DNA from: Scyliorhinus canicula
Taxonomy: Eukaryota
Assembly: GCF_902713615.1 (NCBI RefSeq)
Contig: NC_052146.1
Location: 293,392,000-293,455,999 of the forward strand
DNA length: 64,000 nucleotides
Direction of reading: 5' to 3'
Below, piece by piece: positions 39,356 to 50,760 of the stretch (the stretch's first letter is position 1; each line of letters opens with the position of its first letter). The notes below the pieces were generated by a model, which worked only from the letters and a program-made list of their open reading frames with translations, did not search any database and was not told the origin of the DNA. The position numbers and the translations under genes were made by a program.

Positions 39356-40547
39356 TCCAGGGGCTGGTTTAGCACAGTGGGCTAAATAGCTGACAGCAAT
39401 GCAGATCAAGGCTAGCAGCGCGGGTTCAATTCCTGCACTGGCTTCCCCAAACAGGTGCCGGAATGTGGCAACTAGTGGGTGTTAACAGTAACTTAATTGA
39501 AGCCTACTCGTGACAAGCAATTATTATTATCCCCCCCCCCCCCCATTGCCACCTCTCCCATTCACTATCCCACGACAGTCTCCGTTTCTCCCCTCACCAC
39601 CTTTCCCATTCACCGCCCCTCCTTGCTCCCCATCCCTCCCACTCGCCACCATTCACTGTCCACCCCTGTTCCCTGCCCCTCCCACTCGCTGCCTCTCCCA
39701 TTCACCAACCCTCCCTACTCCCCGCCCTTTCCCACTCTCTGATCCTCCCTGCTATCTGACTCTTCTGCTCGTCAGCTTTCCAGTCACTGACTCTCCATGA
39801 TCCCGGACCTTCCTTCTCCCCAAACTGCCCGCTTGCTCACCCTCCTACTCCCCTCAAAACAACCTCAATCAAGTTAGTGAAACATGTTGTGAATCCATGT
39901 TTAAGTTTTCTTTTGTTAATAAATGTTTTAATTTGATGTTTAAAGTCCCAAAAGTGTTACTGGAATTTATGACCTCTGAATTCAGTAAACTTACCTTCTC
40001 GTGTTCAAAATACAAAAAAAAAAGTTAGAAATAGGCAATGCTCGGGCAGCACGGTGGCGCAGTGGGTTAGCACTGAGGCCTCACAGCACCGAGGTCCCAG
40101 GTTCGATCCCGGTTCTGGGTCACTGTCCGTGTGGAGTTTGCACATTCTCCCCGTGTTTGCGTGGGTTTCGCCTCCACAACCCAAAAATGTTCAAGCTAGG
40201 TGGATTGGCGACGCTAAATTGCCCCTTAATTGGAAAAAAAATTAATTGGGTACTCTAAATTTATTTTTTAAAAAAGAAATAGGCAAAGCTTCCCTTTGGG
40301 ATTGGACTTGCAAGACAATTGACATTTGCTGGATCATTGCAGTAAGCAAAAATATATTGTGCTCAGATTCAAAGTTATTTATTGAGCTGGCATCTGCTAT
40401 CTTTTGTAGGAAAGAGGGGCGGCACGGTGGTTAGCGCTGCTGCCTCATGGCGCTGATGACCCGGATTCGATCCCGGCCCTGGGTCACTTGGCATGTGGAA
40501 TTTGCACATTCTCCCCGTGTCTGCTTGGGTCTCGCTTCCACAACCTT

Positions 40548-41030
40548 AAGATATAGGAGTAGAATTAGGCCTTTCAGCCCATTGAGTCTGCTCCACCATT
40601 CGATCATGTCTGATATGTTTCTCATCCCCATTCTCCTGCCTTCTTCCTGTAACACCTCATTCCCTTATGAATCAAGAACCTATCTATCTCTGTCTTAAAG
40701 ACACTCAGTGACTTGGCCTCTACAGTCTTCTGCGGCAAAGAGTTCCACAGATTCACCACCCTCTGGATGGAGAAATTCCTCCTCATCTCAGTTTTAAAGC
40801 ATCGTCCCTTCAGTCTGAGGCTGTGCCCTCGGGTTCTGGTCTCTCCAACCAGTGGAAACACCTTCTCCAATTCCACTCTGTATAGACCTCTCAGTATTCT
40901 GTAAGTTTCAATGAGATCCCACGTCATCCTTCTAAACTCCATTGAGTACAGACCCAGAGTCCTCAACCGCTCTTCATATGACAAGTCTTTCATTCCCAGG
41001 ATCATTCTTGTGAACCTACTCTGGAACCCC
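40548..41030 (-). mobile_element. CR1 3' fragment
   Basis: LSYEERLRTLGLYS...QRVVNLWNSLP. Confidence 0.88.
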
Positions 41031-42357
41031 TCAGGCTTCTACCACCCACATTGCGAAGAAGTATTTTTAAGTTCTCTCTTGAAAGGCCAGGCTCTTGATT
41101 TCAAGATTGAGTCTCCCTTGTCCTAGATTTTCCGACTGGTAGAATATCAGCTCCATTAGTTCTTTGCCAAAGCCTAAAAACCTCTATCAAATCAACCTAT
41201 AATGGTTTACACTCCAGGTAATGCAACAACATGGGTGGCATGGTAGCATAGTGGTTAGCACAGTTGCTTCACAGCTCCAGTAAATCCCAGGTTTGATTCC
41301 CGGCTTGGGTCACTGTGGGTTTCCTCCGGGTGCTCCGGTTTCCTCCCACAGTCCAAAGATGTGCAGGTTAGGTGGATTGGCCATGCTAAATTGCCCCTCA
41401 GTGTCCAAAAAGGTTAGGTGGGGTTGTGGGGATAGGATGGAGGTGTGGGCTTAGATAGGGTGCTCTTTCCAAGGGCTGGTGCAGATTCGATGGGCCGAAC
41501 GGCCTCCTGCACTGTAAATTCTATGATTCTAACAACTGCTTCTATTTATATTGCATTTTAAGCTAAGTAGAACATCCCAAGATGCTTTAAAAGAGGGATC
41601 AGAGTTAGAGAGGTGGAGGGTTGAGGGAGGGAATTCCAGAACTTATGAGCTTGGCATTGAAGGCACGAGTGCCAATGGGGGAATGACTAAAATTGGCATA
41701 CACAAGAGACCAGGTTTATGGATTCATGCTTCATAATTTAATCACTGGAGCCCTGGTTAATATGTGTCTCACTTCTCCCAAAGTCAAAAAACTAGTCTAG
41801 TTAGATGCAAAAATAAATTTAAACCAGTCTTAATACCAAACATTTTCTGAGAAATTTCATGGGGTGGTTGGTTGAAATATATGCAGCAGTACCTAACACT
41901 CACATCAAATATTCCTTTGTGTCCCCTGCTAATTTAGTGAAAAAAAGCAATGGATCTAATTTTTTTTCAGCATTCAATTGTTTTTCACAGCACTTCAGAA
42001 ACAGGGCAGCACGGTAGCACAGTGGTTAGTACTGCTCCCTCACTGCGTCAGGGACCCAGGTTCAATTCCAGCCTTGGGTGACTGCGGAGTCTGCACGTTC
42101 TCCCCATGTCTGCGTGGGTTTCTTCCAGGTGCTCCGGTTTCCTCCCACGGTCCAATGATGTGCAGGTTAGGTGGATTGGTCATGATAAATTGCCCCTTAG
42201 TTTCCAGGCAAATGAAAGTTAGGTTACAGGGATAGGGCGGCGTGAATGGGGTGGTGGCGGGGTTAATGGGGTGGTGGGGGGTGGTGGCCCTGGGTGAAGT
42301 GTTCTTTCCTCGGGTCGGTGCAAACTCGATGGGCCGACTGTCCTCCTTCTGCATTGA

Positions 42358-42672
42358 AGGGATTCTATCCTTGTTCTGGGAGGGAGGGGGCAAGGGTGGC
42401 AGCACGGGAGATGGACCACATGCTGTTGAATGCCCTGTCAACAACTGTAGGTGAGTAATCACTGTTGAGGAAGAAGGAACACATTTTTGAAGCACACTTT
42501 GGAACATTGGAACAAATGTGACGGAGGCAAAGGAGCTGAGAGAAAGGGATGGAGACCTGACAGGGTGTAGAGTGTGAAGAGCTGTAGTCCAGATAGCTGT
42601 GGGAGTCAGTGGGCTTGTAATGGATATTAGTAGATATCTATTGCCGGAAATAGAGAAAGCAAGGTCAAGGAA
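42358..42672 (-). mobile_element. Penelope-like retroelement coding fragment
   Basis: Minus strand KPTDSHSYLDYSSSH...SIPFSQLLCLRHIC, typical of the Penelope RT C-terminal region. Confidence 0.75.
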
Positions 42673-42739
42673 GCTCTGTCTTTTACTTGCTCTTATGCTG
42701 TTTAGCACACAAGTATCCTGTGTTGTAGCTTCACTAGGT

Positions 42740-43330
42740 TTACACCTCATTTTTAGGTTGCCTGATGTTGCTCCTGGCATGCTCTCCTGCACTCTTCATT
42801 GAACCAGGATTGATCCTCTGGCTTGGTAGTAATAGTAGAGTGGAGATTATGCCGGGCCAAGAGGCTGCAGATTGTGGTTAAATACAATTCTGCTGCTGCT
42901 GATGGCCCACAGCACCACATGGATGCCCAGTCTTGAGTTATTCCATTTAGCACGGTGGTAGTGCCACATAACACGATGGAGGGTATCGTCAATGTAAATA
43001 CAGGACTTAATCTCCACAAGGACTTTGCAGTGGTCACTTCTACCGATACTGCAATGGACAGATGGATTTCCAGCAGGCAGATTGGTGAGGATGAGCTCAA
43101 GTGTGTTTTTCCCTCTTGTTGGTTCCCTCACCAGCTGCACTAGTCTCAGTCTAGCAGCTAAGTCCTTTAGGACCTGGCCAGCTCGGTCTGTGGTGGTATG
43201 GTGAGCCACTCTTGGTGATGAGCATTGAAACCCGCCACCCAGAGCATATTCTGCGCCCTTCCTCAGTGTTCCTCTAAGTGGTGTTCAACATGGAGGAGTA
43301 CCGATTCATCAGCTGTTGATGGCCGACACA
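42740..43330 (-). mobile_element. Old CR1/L2-group LINE endonuclease fragment
   Basis: VREPTRGKNTLELILTN...IGRSDH, QSWFNEECRRAC. Confidence 0.7.
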
Positions 43331-44719
43331 TGGTAATCAACAGGAGGTTCCTGGCTAGGCCAGCATTAATTGCCCATCCCTAATTGCCTTTGAGAAGGTG
43401 TTGGTGAGCCGCGTTCTTGAACAGCTGCAATCCATATGGTGTATGTGCACTCAGTGCTGTTAGGGAGGGAGTTCCAGGATTTTGACCCATAAGACCATAA
43501 GAAATAGGAGCAGAATTAGGCCACTCGGTCCAATGAGTCTGCTCCGCCATTGAATCATGGCTGATATTTTTCTCATCCCCATTCTCCTCATAACCCCAGA
43601 TCCCCTTATTGATCAAAAACCTATCTACCTCTGTTTTAAAGATACTACCCTCTGGCTGAAGAAATTCCTCCTCATTTCTGTTTTAAAGGATTGATGACCC
43701 CTCAGGTGAAATCACAACCAGCCAGCTCTCAAAGGGGAGAGCAGCCTACAGTCTCTCACGATGTTCACTTTATACTGCACAATTAATTGTGGAGTTCTAA
43801 TTTGCAGAACAGTGAACATTGGGAGGAACTTCAGAAATAAGATCTACAATCAAGTTACAGACCCATTTAAATAAATGAAGGTGTGTAGTTGGATGCACTA
43901 ACACAGGTTAAGTATATCAATCAAAATTGATCAGACTACAATATATTAAGGGTCAATAATGCTCAACTGCAACACCAAGTCAAGATGCAAAGAGGGGTGG
44001 GCACAGTTGCACAATGGTTAGCACAGTTGCTTCATAGCTCCAGAGTCCCAGGTTTGATTCGCGGCTTGGGTCACTGTCTGTGCGGAGTCTGCACATTCTC
44101 CCGTGTCAGCGTGGGTTTCCTCCGGGTGCTCCGGTTTCCACTCAACAGTCCAAAGAAGTGCAGGTTAGGTGGATTGGCCACGCTAAATTGCCCTTAGTGT
44201 CCAAAAAGGTTAGGTGGAGTTACTGGATTACAGGGATAGGGTGGAGGTGTGGGCTTTGGTAGGGTGCCATTTCGAAGGGCTGGTGCAGGTTCAATGGGCC
44301 GAATGGCCTCCTTCTGCACTATAAATTGTATGATTCTATGATCATGGGCCTCCTCCTGAGCAAAGGTGGCCATTTACAGGTTTGAGTCAGGTGTGGCTAG
44401 CTTTGAATCATAGAATTCCTACAGTGCAGAAGGAAGCCATTCGGCCTATTGAGTCTGCACTGATCATCCGAAAGAGTACCCTACTCAGACCAATGCCCCC
44501 ATCCCGTAACTCCACCTAATCTTTTGGACACTAAGGAACAATTTAGCGTGGCCAATCCACTTACACATCTTTGGACTGTAGGAGGAAACCGGAGCACCCA
44601 GAGGAAACCCACACAGACACGGGTAGAAAGTGCAAACGCCACACTGACAGTCACCGAAGGCCAGAATTAAATTTGGATCCTTGACACTGTGAGGCAGCAG
44701 TACTAACCACTGTGCCACC

Positions 44720-46850
44720 TGTGCTGATATGCATGTACACATAAATGTATATAGTTGTCTATCAGTGTACATAGTTATCGGTATGACCTCCGACCTGCGG
44801 GTAGTGATAGAGATCCACCACGTGACTGGAGTGTCAGTTGGTAGTGAGTCATAAAAGAGGATAGTTGCACTTTGAGTAGCTCCAGGAGAATTCACTGAGT
44901 TTATTTAGTAGCCATCGTCTATTATAGTTCGTTAGTTATCTTCCCACGTGTTTGTTAACAAATCATCTTCCTAGTTAAACAACTCGATGCTTGGTGTACA
45001 TCATTACAATGGTCATTACACAGAACACAACATGGTACCAGACCTGCAGAACAATTAAAGATAATGACGGAGAAGACAGGGCAAAATAGGCTGAAGAACG
45101 AAGAGAAAATTCTTCCGCCGACCTGATGAACTACGGCCATCTGCAACTCAACGCAACAAAAGACTGAAGTTATCGATGGAAGGTTTGAAGAAAATTAGCG
45201 TGTTTTCAAGCAGCAATTTAGACTATGTTGCACCCCTTGGTCCGCAAGCACAACCTGATAAGAGGCATATTGTGTTGCTGCTCCTGGTAGCAGCTCCTCA
45301 AGCATTAGAAATATACAATACCTTCGACAGCGAAGACAAGAGCAAGAGCTTCGATGAAGTAATACAGTACTTTGGTTGGCATTGCTGTCCGAAGAAAAAC
45401 TTTGATTCTTTTGTATCCGACTTGTGGTTGAAGGCGCAGTAGTGCAATTTTTGTACTTTAGACTCGCCGATAATCCGTGACCAGATAGTGTTCGGCGTAT
45501 TGACTGACAAAGTAAGTGAGAGATTATTGAGGGAAAAGACCTGAAATTAGAAAATGCCATCACGATTTGTCAGGCAAGTGAACAGCGGATTAGTACGCTC
45601 ATCCCACAACATTTTGACGCCAATCTGGGTGAAGACGCCAGCGCCATAAGCAACGCCATGATGATCTCACCACTGTGTCTTTTCTAGTCTCCGATGAGAA
45701 GACGCACCTAATAAAGTAAGAGACAGTCAAGGACATACTCCTACAAAAGGTAAACAAGTGTCTCCGAGAGGGATGGCCGAAGGGTTCCTGCTCAGGTTAC
45801 TATAATATGCAGTCAGAATTGAATGAGGCGAATGGCCTTCTACTGCAACAGCACAGGATTGTGATTCCGCATTCCTTGAGGCCACTGATGATCAAGAAGC
45901 TTAATGAAAGGCACTTGGGCACTGAGAAGTGCAAGCACAGGGCCAGGAATACAATTTATTGACCAGGCATCACCCAAGAGATTGCAGGTATGGTAGACCA
46001 CTGTGACATGTGTCAGAAATTCCGCCACAAACAAAATATAATCTTTATTGTCACAAGTCGGCTTACATTAACACTGCAATTAAGTTACTGTGAAAAGCCC
46101 CTAGTCACCACATTCCAGCGCCTATTTGGGTACACAGAGGGAGAATTCAGAATTCTCTGCTGGTACAGGAATTGAACCTGCGCTGCTGGCCTTGTTCTGC
46201 ATCACAAACCAGTTGTCCAGCCCATGGGCTGAAACAAAGCAAATAGCCAATACACATGGGTGAAAACATCGCAAATCTGTGGCAGAAGGTGGGCATGGAT
46301 CTTTTTCACTTCAATGGAAAAGACTACCTTTTGGTTATTGACTACTTTTCAAATTACCCAACTACTCGGTATGTCATCGGACATGCTAAAGAGATTTTTG
46401 CCCAGCATGGCATACCAAGCATTCGTATGTCTCACAATGGTCCTGTTTTCAAAATTTTGAGTGGACTGAATTTGCCCATCACTACAATTTTAGGCACATC
46501 ACCTCAAGTCCTCTAAATCCCCAGTCAAACGGGAAGGCAGAAAAGGCCGTGCACATTGTTAAACAGCTGCTAAAAGACGCCATTGACAGCCAGGAAGACA
46601 TCTACCTGGTTTTTCTGAGCTATCGTTCGGCGCCACTTATCAATGGGCTGTCACCAGCACAGCTACGACCTTGCCTTTCATTACAACTCACCCTGTGGAT
46701 CGAGGAAACTGCTTCTTCAAAAGAGGGGGCAGAAAGGGTTCTACGATAGATCCACAAAGAAGTTCCGGCCACTGCTCCAGGTGATACGGTCAGACTGGAG
46801 GATGCCAATGGAAATTAATGTTCAAGGCTGGCAAAGGTACTGTCACAGGC
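44720..46850 (+). mobile_element. Heavily deleted Gypsy/Ty3 LTR retrotransposon (5' LTR, PBS, gag, integrase)
   Basis: LTR end ...CACAACA then PBS TGGTACCAGA (~45033); gag ALEIYNTF, IRDQIVFG; integrase H..C..CQK, WQKVGMDLF..DYLLVIDYFSNYP, SSPxxPQSNGKAEKAV; no 3' LTR seen. Confidence 0.82.
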
Positions 46851-47156
46851 AGGTCTACATTTTGTTTTTGTAAATCCACCACTCTGTCTTAGAATTCCCC
46901 CTATACCAAAAAAGGGCCAATATTCTAAAATGGTGAACAGGGATTCTCACTCCCTGACTCCGATACATGCTTCTGTGGGTGCTATTCAGGTCAAACTCTC
47001 CTTTCAAGTTATCCCCCGGTATAACCCATACCTTCACCGAAGAATTTTACCTACTTACCCCTTAATAGCATTGATGTCCTGGGTCCTGCGTTCTTAAGGA
47101 AGTAAAGTAAGCTAATAACCACTTTTTCAGGTTAAATTATTTTATTATTATTATAC

Positions 47157-47800
47157 TTTTTTTTTATAAGTTGTAAACACTTTCTTTACAGAAAGGAAAA
47201 ACGATTAGTGATTCTGGATGCTGCTGGTTTGTTGTAGGGACCTTCAGACTCTCTCTCTCTCTCTTGTAGTTCTCCCCTTCTCTCCTGTTGCTGTTTCTCT
47301 CTCTCGCTCTCTTTTCGTTCTCCTCCTCTTCTCTCCTGTTGCTGTTTCTGTTTTCTCTGTTCTCTGTCCTCCCCATTGCTGCTGGTTGCTGCTGCTGGTA
47401 CACTTCCTTAGATTGGGCCAATTTTATTTCAACCTTGCCCTTCATAGCCTGAGCTTTCTTGGGATCAATAACTCTCCCATCAAGTTTGTGCTCCCCCTTC
47501 AATACCCTGTCTACTCTTTCAGGATCCATTTTAATTAAGCAGTCTACAATCTCTCCACCTCCAGAAAAGCAGTCCCTTAAATCTTTCTTACTTGTTTCCC
47601 AGCTGAGTCCACCAACAAACACCTTCCTTCTCATCCTCCTCATTCTTGCTGCCGTTTCTTTGAGCTTCCACCTCCTTGGGGGGAGCGGAGCTCCCCCGGG
47701 CCGTCAGCTGTTCTTGCCTCGCGTTCTGCTGCTCTCTTCCTCTGCTGCTCTCTTCTGATGGCTGCTGCCTCGCGCGTGGGAGGAGTGAGGGAAGCCCGCG
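47157..47800 (-). pseudogene. Intronless, internally deleted hnRNP D/AB/DL-family copy
   Basis: SKNEEDE, frameshift, then [16 protein letters not shown]...[12 protein letters not shown]...[18 protein letters not shown]...[16 protein letters not shown]; no introns; A-rich end at 47157-47165. Confidence 0.85.
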
Positions 47801-48649
47801 CTTAGTGCTTTTTGGCGGGAAAATCGGGACCTCCGATAGGGAAAGGACTACGGGGCTTAAAGGGGCAGTCCATTACAATATTTCAACAGCACAAAGAAAT
47901 CTATGCAAACTCTCTTTTTTCTTTTTCCCTTTCTCCTGCTGCAGGTTGTAATAACAATTCTGACAGACTGAAATTGACTGCATTTTTGACAGAAGAGCTG
48001 GCCACAGTTTCTGCTCTTTTCAGCTGCCACCAACCTCTTGTGGGATCTTTCCCTGCACTCTCCCAGACCAGATATTGGCAGACCTCTATGTTTCAAATGA
48101 CACATTCTGTATTTTCCAGAACAATTTGTTTCTGGTTATTAAGTTAAAAGTTTTGCATATCATACTTCCAAAGGAGGGGAGAAGCAAATAGCCAATGCAC
48201 ATGGGTGAAAACATCACAAGTCCTTTGCCGAAGGTGGACTTCTTGAGAATGAGTGGCCTCAATATATATAGTCTGTACACTGATAATCTATCACACAGTC
48301 ACACGGTACACACCATGCCGCCCACTTGCTTTTCCTCTCTTTCGTGGCCTTGTCTAGCCCTCCATGGGACTGGTGAAGGACCAAGTAATGTTTGCTCCAG
48401 TCTTTATTGGCCACTGGTGGGCCACTTGGTATGCTGAGGTTTAAAGGGCATTTAAAAAAAATGCTTTCCTGGGAGGTGAGTGGCCAGGCCAGTATTTTGC
48501 TGCTGACACAAAATCTATGCAAGTCTCCTTTATTTTTGCAGTTCGGCTCTTTACGAGTTGTGCCTCTTCAAAGGGAAAAAGGAAGGGGAACCCTTCTGCT
48601 TGTTCTCTGTTGGATGACACTGGAATCACACATTGGGTGAGTGGTGGTT

Positions 48650-48803
48650 AGCAGAAAGAGGTAGCACGTGGGGTGGGGTGTCACCTGACTACCCCTTTCT
48701 CTTCACGCCAGCGTCTGACGCGGACGCCAGTGGGCGGGGCGAAGGACGCATGACGTCGGAAAACGTCTGTCTCCAGATTCCAAATCAGCTGTTGCGGGTC
48801 AGG
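48650..48803 (+). promoter_or_regulatory. SMYD3 CpG promoter / 5'UTR
   Basis: CACGTG E-box, GGGCGGGGC GC box, TGACG CRE half-sites, CpG cluster. Confidence 0.65.
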
Positions 48804-48964
48804 ATGGCGCGCTTCTTCCAGAGGAGCAGCTGTGGGCACAGGGGAGAAGGACTGAGAGCGAGCAGGGATATCGTCCCGGGGCAGCTCCTCTACTCCGCTT
48901 CGCCTTACACTTACATCCCTTCCAAGAAAGCCAGAAGCTCCGTCTGCGAACACTGCTTATCCAG
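48804..48964 (+). CDS. SMYD3: SMYD3 (SET/MYND lysine methyltransferase), coding exon 1
   Basis: MARFFQRSSCGHRGEGLRASRDIVPGQLLYSASPYTYIPSKKARSSVCEHCLS: N-SET GxGLRA plus start of MYND CxxC; donor AG|gtacca, phase 2. SMYD3 preferred over SMYD2 because of TFB2M synteny. Alternative in-frame ATG at 48750. Confidence 0.85.
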
Positions 48965-50760
48965 GTACCAATGATCTCTGTCTTGCTGCTGCATGTGCCC
49001 CATTGATGATGAGCTGTGTGCTTATGTACCTGTCACTCTACCTGCAGCACTGGTGGTGCAGGCGGGATACACTGGGCACACCTTCGCATTAGTATGAAGC
49101 ACCCCGCTTTGAAGTTTAGTTGTCACCTCTATTGCTCTATTCAAAATTTTAGCGACTCGTGATCTCAATACGTTTGATACGCAGCGCATGAGAGATGTAT
49201 AGTTATAAAGAAGAAGCTTAGCTAAGCATGGGTACAATCTCCTGTCTGAGGAATGAAAACAGAAAAGTTGGAAAAACTAAGCACCTCTAGAGAGAGAAAC
49301 AGAGTCCTTGAGGAAGTTGCCAACCATTGCCCTGTTTGCAGTTCACCACTTTACTGTTTGTATAGCTCACTCAGGCCGAGAACTAAAAAGATTACACTTG
49401 TATAGCGACTGTAGGAAGTACCAAAGCACTTTACAGTCAGTGGAGTGCTTTTCAGCTGTAGTCACTGATGTGACATAGGAAATGTGGCTGCCTGCATTGT
49501 GCAGGTAATCTGTTGTTTGAGGGACGTTATGGTGTTAATATAGGAGTGCAGAGGCAAATCTGGTCAAAGCCCAGTTAGATATGTTCTCTGGAAATAGAAG
49601 TAGAAGAGGTGGAAATGTTATAGGATTTGGTAGGACTGATCAGTTTTAGATCACAGCAGGGCAGCATGGTGACGCAGTGGGTTAGCCCTGCTGCCTCAGG
49701 ACGCCGAGGTCCCAGGTTCAATCCCGGCTCTGGGTCACTGTCCGTGTGGAGTTTGCACATTCTCCCCGTGTTTGCGTGGGTTTCGCCCCCACAACCCAAA
49801 AGATGTGCAGGGTAGGTGGATTGGCCACACTAAATTGCTCCTTAATTGGAAACAATTAATTGGGTACACTAATTTTTTTTAAAAAGTTTTAGATCATAGA
49901 AACCCTACTCTGCAGAAGAAGGCCATTTGGCCCATCAAGATGGCACTGATCCTCCAATCGAGCAGCCTATGCAGGCTGATTCCCCTGTCCTATCCCTGTA
50001 ACCTCAGTTAACCTGCACATCTTTGGACACTACGGGGCAATTGATCATATCCAATCCACCTAACTTACACAACTTTGGACTGTGGGAGAATTGGAGCACC
50101 TGAAGGAAACCCATGCAGACACAGGGAGAACGTGCAAACACCACACAGTCACCCAAGACCAGAATTGAACCTGGGTCCCTGCCGCTGTGAGACAGCAGTG
50201 CTAACCATTGTGCCACCATGCTGTCTGTTTGAATGGAAGCATAATGAAAGTGGGCAGGTTGATGATGGCTTTATGTGTGATTTGAATTGCATTGTGATTA
50301 AACGTGGCTGTATTTAGATCTGGTAGGAAAAAGGAATTGTTTTGTTAACCAAAGGAAAAATGCTGGAAAATCTCAGCAGGTCTGACAGCATCTATAGTGA
50401 GAGAAAAGAGCTAACCTTTCGAGTCCAGATGACCCTTTGTCAAAGCTGTCAAAGAAAAAAAAATCTGTTAATGTTGAAGATGGAGCAAAAGGTTTTAAAT
50501 CAGATGTGGAAAGGAGAAAGAGCAAGATTCCTAATCAAAGCAGAAATTTGAGGCATTTAATTGATACGAAGATTAAGCATAATCAAGTAAATCAAGACTT
50601 TAAAAAACCCTAACACCCAACTATGGAACCATTCATTTTTAGGATGTGGACATCACTGGCATTTATTGCCCAATCCCAATTCCTCCTGGGAAGGTGCAAG
50701 GGTAGGGGTTTGGTAAAACTTTCTTGGCCAGTTCCAAGGGCAGTTAAGAGTCAACCACAG

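Noticed and set aside
38085-39389. Long Pro/Leu/Ser/His ORFs (434, 343, 288 aa)
   Set aside because: All three frames are open only because the C/T minisatellite lacks stop codons.
47059-47092. Possible 34-nt minus-strand micro-exon (ccttaag / G|gtaagt), plus a strong donor near 39993
   Set aside because: No recognisable coding content or partner exons; such motifs occur by chance in 64 kb.
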